Shown here: piece after piece, positions 37,001 through 51,300 of the stretch
Layout: every line of letters starts with the position of its first letter
Position numbering within the stretch: the first letter of the stretch is position 1
Source: Podarcis pityusensis
Taxonomy: Eukaryota
Direction: 5' to 3' (one strand)
Length of the DNA stretch: 64,000 nucleotides
Assembly: GCA_964106645.2 (NCBI GenBank)
Contig: OZ067039.1
Made by a program: the position numbers and the translations under genes
Notes under the pieces: generated by a model
The model's database searches: none
What the model saw: the letters and a program-made list of their open reading frames with translations, nothing else
What the model was told of the DNA's origin: nothing

Positions 37001-40000
37001 TTAAAATTTCAAAAATAAAAGAGCCAGTGAGGACTTGCTTGCCAGAAGTGTTTTGAAATAAGAAGCAGCTCACATAACCAATGATGTCATTTATGTGTGG
37101 GATCTCTGGTAATGCTGTGTGCCTTCACACTTCTGTTATTTGTGTCCCTGAAGTTCTCCTTGTTCATTTCCAATCAAAGGTGAAACTCAGCCCGAGGAGA
37201 TCAGTCTTGGGCCCAGTGCTACTTCAGCCTTGCTCAGCAACCTTCGTCCCAACACTGACTATATGATCACACTCTACCCGATCTACCCCCGTCAGACAGT
37301 GGCACCTGCCGTGATCAATGGCCGAACGTGTAAGTCCCATCTCAGTTAAGACCATCAGACTTGGAGAACTGAGAAGAGAGAGATGGCAAACGAAGATTGT
37401 ATTCATGCTTTGATTTTTACATTTTCCCCCTGCAGGTAGAAATAATTTCCTCGGCCAGTGATTCTGACAATCGCTGTGTTTTTAATACGTTAATATTCTT
37501 ATTGTATTTATGAAACACTTTAATTTTTATTGCATCTGTTGCCCATTTCACGACTTTGGATGCATGACCCACAGCCATGATTCATCCTTGTTTCCTAAGA
37601 TGATAAATCTGCATGTTGGGATCTGTAAACCTATACTTATTTGTGCTATATGAATTGTTTGTGTTATTTATTTAAACAGTTTAGTGGCCAGTGCATGGAC
37701 AGGCAACCCCGAGTTGCCCCAGACAATCGCCAAAGTTGCTTGTCCCTAAACCTAGCCCCAGTGAGTTCCTAAGGAATTGCAGTCTCTCCCATGTTTTACA
37801 TGCGTTTGTAGATTTTGAGAGATGTAGGCTGGCAGTGCTGTAGCACTTTTCAATCGACTGCCTATTTATCTTTAGCTGAGGGTTTTAAACCGATGTTTTA
37901 GTTCAGAGGAGGCATCCCATTTTAGATATTATTTGGTGCATGCTTAAAACATCAGTATTCATGCACCATGTTTAAAATACAGCTGTAAATACTGGGAACC
38001 ATTCCCTTCATTCAGTTTGTGCTGCAGTTAATTAAGAATTAATTCTGTGAGGTTGTGGTGCACCAGCATCTAGACTATAGGGTTACTGGTAAATGGCACG
38101 TCTAATGGACATGGTAATGGGACAAGGGTAGCGCTGTAGTCTAAACCACTGAACCTCTCGGGCTTGCCGATCAGAAGGTTGGCGGTTCGAATCCCTGCAA
38201 CGGGGTGAACTCCTTTTGCTCGGTCCCAGCTCCTGCCAACCTAGCAGTTCGAAAGCATGCCAAAAAGTGCAAGTAGATAAATAGGTACTGCTCCAGCAGG
38301 AAGGTAAACAGCATTTACATACACTGCTCTGGTTTCGGTGTTCCGTTGCCCCAGAAGCGGCTTAGTCATGCTGGCCACATGACCCAGAAAAACTGTCTGC
38401 GGACAAACGCCGGCTCCCTCGGCCTGTAAAGCGAGATGAGCGCCACAACCCCAGAGTCGTCTGCGATTGGACTTAACTGTCAGGGGTCCTTTACCTTTAA
38501 TGGACATGGCATGTCTTCACATTTTTCAGTGTTGGGTTTTTTTTACCCCTTCTCTATCCTCAGTGGGTTTGTCAGGAGTGCAACAACTGTCTGCCCTGAA
38601 CATCTCCTCCCAGGGCATGCTGGTGACCTGGCGGGGCGTGAGTGGAGCAACGGGATACCGTGTTACCTGGGGCCTCCTCTCAGGTATGTCTGTTCAGCTG
38701 ATCCATTTTCTTCCTGTGCTCCAATATCAGGATGCTAGAGCACAGCATGATCAGTCAGATCTGTCACTGTGACTCCACAGATGAATTGACTGTCCCAGAA
38801 TGCTATGAAAATACACTTTTTTACATGCCCAGTGGGACCTAATCAACTGTAATGATGCCTTATGAAAATACAGGGGTGTTTTCACTTTGCAAATAGCACT
38901 ATTTGTGAGATGATGGTGTTTCAGCTGCCAGAAAAGAGGGATGCAATTATTTAATTCAATAGGTATATTTGAAGGTTTTTGCGGATGAATATGGAAAGTG
39001 CGGGAGGTGGTGTTTTGGGTAGTAAATGTGTTGATCTTAGCTGTTCAGAACAAGACTTCAAAGCAGCTTGGCCTAGGGCCTAATCAGATGGCTGGCTAAA
39101 AAAGAAGCAAGTGACTGGTCCAGACAACTCCTTACACACAGACACACACACACAAAGAAGCACCACTGTCTGTGTAAAAAGTATAACTATCATTTATCAA
39201 AAACCAATATGATACTAAACATAAACATTAAGCCCACAACTTAAGCTCATTCAACTTGTGCACATTCAGCTTTATGTGCATGGCTAAAAATAAATAAAAA
39301 ATTTAAAGTGGGTAGACATCCAGGGGAAAGAAGGACTTTAACATTCTCACCAACCATTGCACCTAGTGTGTTTTGACTATATGCAATTTTGGCTTAAGGC
39401 ACAATCCCCGGAATATGACCCCCGTTTAAGTTGCGAGCTTAAACTGTATATGAAGACCCACTCAATGTAGGATACATGACTATAAAATTTGTTCTAGATA
39501 TGTGATAGAGTGAACTTTCATAATAAGACTATGTGGGACTTTCCTTGCGCAGTGTGGCAGCACCTATACTTTGGAATTCCCTGTCTATTGACATCAGGCA
39601 TGCACCTTCATTGCACTGTTTTTGGTGCCTATTAAAAACATTTTTGTTTAGTCAAGCCTATTCAGACCTATAAAATGCTGACATGTGGTGTGTGTGTTTT
39701 TGTAACATAGTTTTATTCCCGTTCATCTTTAAACTGTTTAACATGGTTGCATTGATATATATCTTTGTTTACAAAAGAGCATATGGGATGCAACAATTAC
39801 ATAAAATTTAAATTAAAACAAACAGTCGGATAAACGTTAACAAAGTTGTGTTTCACATGTGTTTTAGTCTGGTTTTTTTTAGCTTATTAGCAGCTGATCT
39901 TGCCTTTATTGAAAGCCAGTCTCCTCAACTCTTTTAATGGGTAAACTTTCATGTGTGTTAAGAAAATTCCATGAGGAACCAGAAATTACTGTATTTTTGC

Positions 40001-42311
40001 TCTATAAGACTCACTTTTTCCCTCCTAAAAAGTAAGGGGAAATGTGTGTGCGTCTTATGGAGCGAATGCAGGCTGCGCAGCTATCCCAGAAGCCAGAACA
40101 GCAAGAGGGATTGCTGCTTTCACTGCGCAGCGATCCCTCTTGCTGTTCTGGCTTCTGAGAGTCAGAATATTTTTTTTCTTGTTTTCCTCCTCCAAAAACT
40201 AGGTGCGTCTTGTGGTCTGGTGTGTCTTATAGAGCGAAAAATATGGTACTCTGGATCGTGGAATCATAGAATTGTAGAGTTGGAAAGGGCCACAAGGGTC
40301 GTTTAGTTCAACCCCCTGCAATGTGGGGATCTTTCACCCACAACCCTGAAATAAAGAGTCTCATTCTCCACAGCTGTAGAACTTGAAAATGATAACTAGC
40401 CGTATAAACTGTTCCAGCAAGCTGTCAAAATCTCTGCTTTTAAAAAAGAATGTCAGTTATCAAAAGTATTACATCACATCCCTTCTAATAAATTATATAA
40501 TTAATACCTTAATTACATCATGGCTATATTATATAATGAATTACATAATTCATAGCTTCATCATTATATAATTATCTTCCATTTAAAGCAGCATTCAAAT
40601 GCTGTTTTTATCTGAAACTTTATCATGAAATATGGTACCACATCTGCATATGTGGTCACACTTAGTAAAGTGGATAACCCAGAACCAATTCGCAGGATCT
40701 GTTGCGTCACTGTTGGGTTCCAGTTCTCTTGTTAACTCATTCCACCTATTGACTGTAGCCATTCCATGCATTGCTGGGAGCCCTTGTGATATAGTTGACG
40801 GAGAGTGTTGCACTTGGACCAGAGAGGACGGAGTCCAGAGCTCTGCTCCACTGCTCACCTAGGCTACCAGACTTAAAAAAAAAAAAAATTATTAAGTTTT
40901 CCATTTTAACAATCCAATAAAAAACGCATTAAAGCATTCCAAATTAATATAATAAAAAAGTCAAATTTTATGCCAAATTATACATCTTCCCATGCTCTGA
41001 AGTTCAAGGAGTGATGATCTAATATTGTACTGCATTTCTTAATTAGTCCCAGTAGTCCCAATAAAACATTTCCGATGTTGATCCTCTGAGTTCGTTTAGC
41101 AAGTGGGTTAGTCCTTTGTAGTTCTGTGTAAAATATTTTAAGTTTCTTCTTTTTTATCTGCCACCACACTTAACCCTTTGTGAAATGGACAGGATCCAGA
41201 CATGATATATATTGTAAAATAATCAGTTTGTTCCAGGGGAACTTTTTTCCTTGTTATTGTCGATACTCAGTATTGATGTGTGTCCATGAAGACGGCTGTA
41301 TTTGTTTAGATGGGACATTGGTCACTTTCAGGGAGACTGCTGATGGCATCCTGTCTGCTAGGGACCATCCTCTCATTTCTGTTTTCTTAGAGTTTCCTAT
41401 GTCCCTGTGAAGATTAACTTAGTAGATAGCCTCTCCTCCCAATTAAGCCAAGTGTGAGAAGTCCGCAGGCCATTTGAATGCAGACCACTCTAAGGTTCAT
41501 CTCCGCACGCAGTGAACATCTTCACATGCATTAAATACTCTGCTGTCAACTTTTGTTTGTTTGTTCTGTGCTTTCTCAGGTCAGGATGTGCAGAGAGCTG
41601 ATGTGGATCCCAGCAAAAACTCCTTCTTGTTGACTGGACTGCAGCCTGATAGTGATTACCTGGTGACTGTTGCTCCAGTCTTTGGGCAGGTGGAAGGGCC
41701 AAAAGCCTCCATCAGGAGGAGAACTGGTGTGTGTTGTGTGCCCGAGGGAGTATTTGTGGTTTGTTTGTTTTATTGTTGTTATTAGCAGTAAATCGTGCTA
41801 GTAGTGGCCAGGCAAAGTGAGGCCTGTGGTTTAATCATTATTGGTCTGTTCAGCATTCCGTTTATAATGCAGTGACTCAAGTTTAAACTAGCTTTACACA
41901 GAGGTACCAGAATTGTTCAGGGCACAGTTCTGTGGTACAAGTTTGATTACCAGCTCACCCCCTCCCCTCACACCAATACAGTCATACCTTGGTTGTTGAA
42001 CGCCTTGGTACTCATCCATTTTGGCTCCCGAATGCCAACAACCTGGAAGTCAGTGTTCCGGTTTGCGAACGTTTTTCGGAAGCCGAACATCCGATGCAGC
42101 TTCCACGGTTTCCAATTGAGTGCAGGAAGCTCCTGCAGCCAATCGGAAGCTGCACCTTGGTTGTCAAACATTTTTTGAAGTCAAACGGACTTCCGGAACA
42201 GATTCTGTTTGACAACCAAGGTACGACTGTATTCAAAAGGGGGAGGAGAATGCAAAATACAGTGCACTGTTGCAACTCTGCTGAAGATTGAGTGAGACAC
42301 CAGTAAAGATT

Positions 42312-42344
<33 letters not shown>

Positions 42345-45300
42345 TGTATGTGTGTGTGTGGCAAGATCCCATTATGCATCTCAAAGGCAAAGCCCCTCCT
42401 TTTTAAAGAGTGACAGAGCTTGTCATAGTGGGTGTTTTGATTCAGATTGGCTCCCTACCCACCTCCACAAATGAACTTCTCCCATAGTCACAGGCATATG
42501 TGGAAAGTGAAGTACTGAGTACTGAGTGGTTCTCAAGCCATTCTAAGAGTCTCAATCCTCCTGAGTCCAGTTTCTCTTTGCTATGTTTAGAAGCCATTAT
42601 ACTCCAGACTCTGAGAATTGTCACTATTGATCCAACGTCTATCCAGTTGGCCTGGAACATCATCCCTAACATCCGAGGTTATCGGCTGGAATGGAGAAAA
42701 GCAACAGGTAACCCAGCCTGATTTCAACAATGAGTGGAAGGGAGGTTGTGGGGAAGGCTAAGACAGTGTGGGTAGACTGGGGAAGCTGTCTCTCACAAAC
42801 TCCTTATGGGAAGGAGTGTGAAAGCTGATTCTTTTCCAGCCACTTCCAGATTTGCCTGAGACGTGATTTCTGAGGGTCCTCCATAGGCATGAGGCCCCTC
42901 TCTATAGAACAAGGCTTAAGAAGAAGAGTATAGGGTTGTTGCTGCAAAGCCTGGACAAAACAGGAAGATCTGATGAAGTTGGTGGGCTGGATGTGCAAAC
43001 GATTGCTGTGACTAAGACGTGATGAATTTATTTCTGCTCCATGCCATTTTCACAAGTGTTCTCTTATAAATCTGTTCCGTTCCACCTTTGCATTAATCTC
43101 CAATTTATTTATTTTTAAAGCCACATGGAAATTCACATGTAAATATTTATTTATACACTTTTATGTATATTTTTTCTATCAAAATACACATTTCTAAACT
43201 CCTCCCCCCAATATGTGTGTTTTAAAAATGTATTTGACTACATTAAGGAAGGAAAACCTGTGTCAGGGAAATGCAAGTGCTTGTAGAGAACAAAGTTTCA
43301 ATCCAGGCATTAGTCCAGGAGGTGAAGATCGGGTCAGCCAGACCAGAGCTCATAAATTCCCTAGCATCTTTAAATGTGATTTTGTGCTGATCTCCAGGTT
43401 TGGAGCCCCCCAGGACTGTGACACTGCCCACCAATGAAAACAGCTACACTCTGACAGGGTTGCAGCCAGGCACTGAATACCACATCACTCTCTTCACCTT
43501 GTATGACGGCAAGGAAGTGGCCACCCCAGTTACCATCTTGCAGACTGGTGAGTAAGTGATTAATGACTTGCAGCATGTTTAGCCCTTGCCACCTTGCTTT
43601 CACATCTGGAGAGAAGGAAGGGCCCTTGCAGTAGAGCTGCCAAGTTTATCTCTCTCAGCAGTAGGCTAATATTAGGATAAAGCTGCCTCTTCTGAACCTT
43701 GCTCTACATATTGATGAGATGTTTGTCTTTGGGTCAGTTTTGTTTAAAGTGCCAGGAAATGTTTATACCTTTATACAGAAGAAGCTTTTTTTTAATGATC
43801 AAAATAAGGAAAATGTCCTTGCAGAAGCTGGGTGGTTAAATGGTGGAATTCTGAATATCCAAGTTAATTTAAATTAAGTAGAACTAAGCCAAAATGCGCC
43901 TCCCACTTTAGATAATAATATGAGGCCGGGTGGGGCTTCAAAAGCAGGGGAAATGAATTCATTTGCTCTGTGTGTGGTGTTGTCATGTAAACAAAACAGA
44001 ATGACCCTGTGCTGCCAAAATGTTATTTTGGTGACTGCATGACCCCTGACTGGCTAGACCACAAAGCATTGAAAATATGTCCCCACCTCTTTTTTAAAAA
44101 GAGGGTGAGATCCCCCTTTAAAAATATACCGATGCAGAGGAGTATTGAATGGGAATAAAACAATGCAAAGTACGATAAAATCCTGGGGAATCTTTGGGAA
44201 ACCAAACCCTCATTTTTGTCACCAAAAACGATTGCTCACAGGAGGTTACTTTGCAATTAAGATTAGAAATCAAACACTGCAGAAAACCAATCTTAAACCA
44301 ACAGTTCTCCCCTGTAATGTAATTTTTCAAAAATTTATGTAGACATTTCTGCCCCAGATGTGTTGCAATGCTTTTGCTTTCAACATACCTTTAGCGAATG
44401 GGATGTGAATGAATATAAACATTAAAGATGCCTTCCTCAGCCTGTTGCCCTCCATATGTTTTGGACTACATATCCCATCAGCCCCATCCAGCATGGCCAG
44501 TGGTCAGGGATGAATGGGAGTTGTAGTCTAACAACACCCAGAGGAGGGCACCACATTAAGGAATGATGGAGTAAAGCTTCTGAGCGTGTTTTATGGATGT
44601 TTCTTTCATTCGCCATATGGGACGCGGGTAGCACTGCGGGTTAAACCACAGAGCCTAGGACTTGCCGATCAGAAGGTTGGCGGTTCGAATCCCTGCGACG
44701 GGGTGAGCTCCCGTTGCTCAGTCCCTGTTCCTGCCTACCTAGCAGTTCAAAAGCACGTCAAAGTGCAAGTAGATAAATAGGTACTACTCTGGTGGGAAGG
44801 TAAACGGCGTTTCCATGCGCTGCTCTGGTTTGCCAGAAGCAGCTTAGTCATGCTGGCCACATGACCTGGAAGCTGTACACCGGCTTCCTCAGCCAATAAA
44901 GCGAGATGAACACCGCAACCCGAGTCAGCCACGACTGGACTTAATGGTCAGGGGTCCCTTTACCTTCATTCGCCATGGGTGTCAGGTGTAAGAGAGAGCA
45001 GGGAGCTTAAGGTCCTTGGAAGAGCCCAAGCCTTCCTCTACTAGGCTCCCAAATGCTGAATGGCTGTAGCTTGGAAAGCCAGGGATGATGCAAGTGGCAG
45101 GAGTCCTCTTTGCACTGGGCCACCAACCTGTTTCTTTGACTGCAATACATGTTTATTTCAAGCAGGGGCAGGAGACCCACAGGTGGGCAGGGAAGATCTC
45201 TGCAGGTCTGGGATGTTCACATGTGCTGCCTTTGTTTCCCCTTCTCTTGGGAACTGATCCCCATGGTTTCCTCCAGCCAATCAAGTACTAGAATTGTGGA

Positions 45301-48300
45301 CTTGAACCTTCCACACCAGCAGTCACGGCTCATAAGCCAAGTTGGTTGCATAACGTTATGAAAAATCCCTATTTTTCTGCGGCAGAGCTCTAGGCCCCTG
45401 GTTGGCCTTCTACATACATCTGTTCCATGTTGATCAGATCTGTACATTATAGCCACTTCCGCCCTAAGGAGAAGGTGGGGTTGCGGGCTTCACGGCCCCT
45501 CCACGTGCCCAAGGGGTGGGAAACTAGCCCCCGCACGATTGGGGGATTCCCGGCTGCGTCACCCCCTGGCCAGCCAGTTGGGTTGCGCAGGGGTTGTGGC
45601 CTGCCCCTTAAAAGCAGGACGCAGCAGGGGATCTCCCTCTTTGTCCGCCCCCCAGCTGCTCCTGTTTTTCCCACCCACCCGCCCTCTAAGGTTTGCTTTC
45701 TCTGACCTTGCTATGGACCTTGGTTGGTCACTGTTGAGGGGCCTGGTAGGAATTTTTTCACTTGGCAAATTGGCACCAGCCACTTGGTTTTCGCCTACCT
45801 CTTACCAAATCGTCACAACTTTCTGGTTAGGCATTGGAATAGTTCTGTAGATGGAAAATGGGGAGGTAACGCCATCACCTGCCCCACATTTTGAAGGGTA
45901 GTCCGGTAAAGGATTCCGGGGTGGGCGTGGCCCTGTCCGAAGCCTAGGGCCTAAGGTACGCCCCCTATCGGTGACCCTGGGGGAGCTCCTAGTTGATGTG
46001 CATCAGCAGGACTCCCCCTACTGGTGATTAACCCTTCCTGGACTTCAAGCAGACGGGCTGGAGTCAGATATAGTCGGTTAGGTCCAATGCCTAAGCCAAT
46101 ACCGCTCATCACCTGTAACCAATAAAGTTGTGGCCTTTTCTAGCCCATTAACCTTATAACTGTGTCATGTGTCATTATTTCTTCCCGGGCGGGGGGGTCG
46201 GGAACTCGCCATGCAATAAGCTGTATGCTGCTTTTTTGTTTTTGCTGATGTTCAAAGTTCAATATGGGGGTCCTCTACCCCAACCCTTCTGCTGCAAGTA
46301 AATTATGGCTTTCCCTGTAATGAGGACCTGGTGCAACCACTCTGTCTGCTGTGGCTGGTCCTGCTGCTTGTCATGCTGGCACCTTGGCTCCCTTCACTGG
46401 CTTCCTTGCATTTGAGCTGTGATTTGTCTTGCAGGGGTGGCACAACCCGTGGGCAGCATCTCTGACTTGAGGGTCACTGAGACTTTGGGGAACAGAGTCA
46501 GACTGGCCTGGACGGGTGTCCCTGGGGCCACAGCATATAAAGTTGTGCTACGCAACACCCAGGGTGAGTATCTAGGAGAAGCGGAATTGTGGGGTGAGAT
46601 TGCTTCACAGTGGTCCTGGTGCTATTGAAGATCCAGATTGCATCCTCAGTTAATAGGAGCAGGGATGCGGGGGGAAGCAGAAGAATTTGGTCCATTAGGG
46701 AAAATGGGGCAGTATCACATCAGCCTCAGCCAGAGCTCAGCCAGCACCCACCTACCTGCCTTCTTACTTGCATTCAGTCCAGGAGGACTGTCTGTGTCAT
46801 CTTCCTCCTTCTTAATGTGAGTGTTGCCACTGTCAGAGTCAGAAGAGCAGAGAAGGGCAGTGAAACCCAAATTATATAGCTCGGCCTGTCATGGCCTGTC
46901 ATGGCCCTGGCCCCACTCACTGTCAGCCTCTCTGCCTTCCACCCTACCAGTCCCAAATGGCAGCCATAGGAGAGGAGGCAGAGTTGTGCAGTGCAATGCA
47001 ACAGCATTTGTTGACAGATGGATGCCCTGCCCAGAAATTCTTCCTCAGCCAACTCCCAATACTGTCTTAAATGTCTCTCAGTTTTACCTCACAACCAAGA
47101 GGGCTAGGAACTTTTCTGCCCTAGAAAACCAATGTGAGTGCCTCATTTGCAAGTGAAAATCGTGAATGTGTAGCACGTGGTTGCTTTGGTCTCTGCTGCA
47201 GATGGCACGGAGAAGACACGGCGTATCCCAGGCTCCCAGACCACCGAGGACCTGACTGATCTGAAAGAGGACGTTGTTTATGTGGTGCGCATATCAGCAG
47301 TTATTGGCAACCGTGAGGGTAGCGCTGTTCCTCTCAACATCCGAATCCGTAAGTGTCAACCGACTCATCCCAGATAGTCCTAGGCCCTTTTCAGAAATTA
47401 GCCTCCATGCATATGGAAGTAGGAGCAGGGCCACATATGCTAGCACCATCGCCACCAGCTCCACCCTGAGACCTTGGTGCAATGGGAGGGAGAGCCTGTG
47501 CCAATTAGGTAGAACTCAGGTGGGTCTTGAGAGTCTTGCCCTGCTTCCACAGCCAGAGGCAGTAATGCTTCTAAATATCAGTTGCTGGAAACCACAGATG
47601 GAGAGAGTGCTCTTGTGCTTGGGTCCTTCTGGAGAGTTTCCTGGTTGGCCACTGTAAGAAAAGGATGCTGGAGTAGATGTGTCATTGGCCTGATCCAGCA
47701 GGTCGTCTTGTGAGAAGATTTAACAGGTCACTTCCCATCTGCAGTATGGTGATAATAATTCCTCCCTGAGACAGGAAGCACTTCAAAAACTCGCAAGGCA
47801 AGAGGGGAGAACATTTTCCAGCCAGAGAGCCACATACTTTTATGGGTAGCTTTCTGAGGGCCACATATCAGTGGTGGATGGGGCCAGAGGGAAATGTGGG
47901 TGGAGCCATAGATATGACTCTTTGGTGCCATAGGCTGCATCACAGCCATGCAAATGCCAGGGGTTTCTTCATAGATGCACTCACTCCCATATCCCATTCA
48001 GACAAACCAAGGGCATCATCACATGTCAAGGACACATTCCAACTAGGCAATAGCACTTCAGGAAGGTGTGGAGTAGGGCTGGTGAGGGACATGGCCTGAG
48101 GAGGGGAGGGATGACCTGAGGAGGGGCGTAGTCTGGGGGCAATATAGACACCCTCTGGGCCTGAAGTTCTCCACCCCTGCTCCAAAGTGGCATGTAAGTG
48201 TTTGTGTGTGACCAGTTTTTCCTAGCCAACCCTCTCAATTCTGTCTTTGGACTTGCAGAACGCCCATCTGTGGGCAGCATCACCAACCTACAAGTGGCTG

Positions 48301-51300
48301 CCCTTGGACCCAGCCAATTGCGGGTGACGTGGAATCCAGTTGCCGGGGTTACCGGATATAAGGTGACGTGGCGGCAGAGAGATGGTGAGTTGTTCTGTGT
48401 GTGACAAAAATAATATATTCTGGCTTCAGAATTAGGCTTAATTGGAACTTGGGGGTCTGCTGTATTTAAGGACTAATGTGTAGTGTCAAAACTAGAGAGA
48501 TGAAATATATCAGGGGTGGGATAGGGCAGGAAGGAAAACTAGTTTAGGACTGCTGCCCAGTTACAAAAGTGACAGCCCATTGGAACTCTGTAGACTCAAT
48601 TAGCCTGATTAATTCGGGGAAAGTCTCCACATAGGTTAATTCTAAAATGCAATGCCATTTCGGACAGGGTAGTTTAATGAAGCTGTTTTGAACCATTTTT
48701 AATAATTGTGTTTTTATGTTGTAACCTGCCCTGGGACCTTAGGGTGAAAAGTGGAAAATAAATAAATAAATAAACAATCAACCAACAGGAGTCTAGTTTA
48801 ATCAGCAGTCTAGAAATCTCTGAGTTTGTCTTTTATAACCAAGCAGGGAAACAGTTTTGTATTTCAAAGGTGAAATACAATAGCCAGGAATTCTTAGCTT
48901 GGGTTTAGCTTATATATAAAAAACCCCCACTCCAGTTGGAATTTGTATTCCTTTGGGCAGCAAAATCTCTCTCAACTGGTCTCTCCTTTTTTAAAACACA
49001 CACACTCAGTGTTGCTGTTATGAAATACTTGTCTCAGAAGGATGTAGACTGGTTTTGTGGTATGCCTGGAAGCTGTTCTGTTGAAGGATACCTTGTTTGT
49101 ACTAAGATATGCTGTTTCTGTTGGAAATTTCTGTCTGGACTCTTACTTGGCAATTGTGGCAGAAAAAGATTCCCAGAGCTGCTGTCTGGTAGCTTTCAGC
49201 TGAGGGATTTCTTGCCGTAATAGTCCACCCTGTTTTCAGCCCTGCTTTATGGAATACGCTTCCTCCAGCTTGATGTTGTCTTCTCCCCCAGGTCAAGAGT
49301 TCTCTCAAGTCCTTCCAGCTAATAGAAACTCCTACACTATTGAGGGCCTGAGGCCTGGGTCTTTCTATCTCATTGGGGTCTCAGCCTTGGTTGGCAACAG
49401 AGAAGGGAGTCCGGTTACCGCCACAGCTACAACAGGTGAGGTCAACTCTGGCTGTAGAACAGGGATGCCCACAGCAAGTCCATCTCAATGGCACTGCTCT
49501 CAATCATCCTTTTCCGTTCTTTTGTTTTGCAGCCCCTGATCAAGTGGGAATGGTCACCAGCTTACAGGTCCTGGAGTCTCGGAGCACGGATGTGCGAGTC
49601 ACATGGGTTGGTGTGCCCGGAGTTACAGCCTACAGAATTGTGTGGGGCCGCAGTGATGGTACAGTAGCTGCTCAGTTTATCAGTAGTCTGCCTCCATTGG
49701 TGCTGTTTCTGATGCTAATGTTTCTCCCAGAAAGTGAGATAGCAGAACCTTTGCAAGTCCCAGAATCCAAAGCCCATTTGTTTTTCCCAAGTATGAAACA
49801 GGTTAAGACAGGGTTTAGAAACCTCTAGCCTTCCAGATGTTGCCAGACTGCAACTCTCATCTTTCTGACCATTGGCCATGCTGACTGGGGGCTGATGGAG
49901 TCCAACAATCTTTGGAGGGCTACAGATTGCCCATCCTGGTTGTAGGGCAAGGATAACCTTTTGTCTGTGAATAGTATCAAGATTTGCTCTTGTGAACTGG
50001 GATAGACTGAAATGATTTTGCCCATCCTTTTAAACTCTGCTCTGCTTCGAAGGTGGACCTGAAAACAGCAAGCTGGTCTCGGGAAGCACCAATTCCTTTG
50101 ACATCCAGAACCTGGAAGGCGGAGTCAGCTACACTGTGAAGGTCACTGCACTGATTGGCAACCGCGAAGGAGACCCCGTGTCTCTCATTGTCACCACACG
50201 TAAGACTTCAATGGATTTGTGTGCCACATCTCTGTCTAGTCCTCATTTCAAGGAGCTCTGGACACTACTCTGGCCACTCTGTGAGTTAGGCTGGGGGTCT
50301 GGAGACGGTGATTTGCCCAAGGTTGCTGGTGAGCTTCATGGGCAAGTGAGTGAGGGGTGTGAGCATCAACTTACTCCTTTTAGGTGGGGTTTGGCACCCT
50401 GGATTAGGCAGCGGCTACATTTGTAGCTGTCATCCCAGAAGCTCCCTGGAAGCAGAGGCTGTGAAACAGGGTGTGGACAGGGGTTTTCCGGATCTTTGGA
50501 ATGCCCATCTATGGGAGAGTGCTGGCTGTAGTACCTAAACAAAAGGTGAAAGGCCTTGTATTCATCCCACATTAAATACCCAAATGGACTCCTGGAGCAC
50601 CCTACAGGATGAGTCCAGGTGCATTCTTCAGTTCCCCTCAGCAAGGTTCACTCCCTTTATCCCGGACAAATAGTTCCTACTACAGTGCCTTCTCCTATCC
50701 ATAGCAGCAATTAACCTCCCTGGATCCTCTTCCTTTGCTAATCCTCCCAACCTTTCCTCTCAGCGACAGTCTCAGTTCAGCCAGTTGGGAATCTGCGTGT
50801 GACCGACTCCTCTGAAAAGCACATCCGGGTCGAATGGAGCCCAGCACCAGGAAGCACAGGCTATCGGCTTGTCTGGCAGCCGGCAGATGGCGAGTATTGT
50901 CTACACCAGAGATGGGGAACCTCAGGTCTGGGGGCCTCTCTCTCTGGCCTCCTTGCCCTTAGGACTCTCCTCAGCCACCCCTGCTTTGCACCCTCTTAAA
51001 TGTTTCCTTCCTCCCCAGCTAGAACTCTGCCTGGGTGTGTGTGAATTTGCATTTGTTGCTCCACCTACTTTCGTTTCTGGACCCACCCACCTTTGGCATG
51101 TGGCCCTTGTAAGGTTGCCTATAAGGGAATGTGGCCCTTGGCCCAGAAAAGGTTCCCCAGCCCTGTTGTGCTACCTACACCTCTCTTCCGCCCAGCACTC
51201 AGGAAATTAACTCCCTCTCTCACCCGGGGCAGGCGGACCAGAGAGGAGCCAGCTGCTTCCGGCCAATGTCAACACCTATGACATCAGAGACCTGCAGCCA

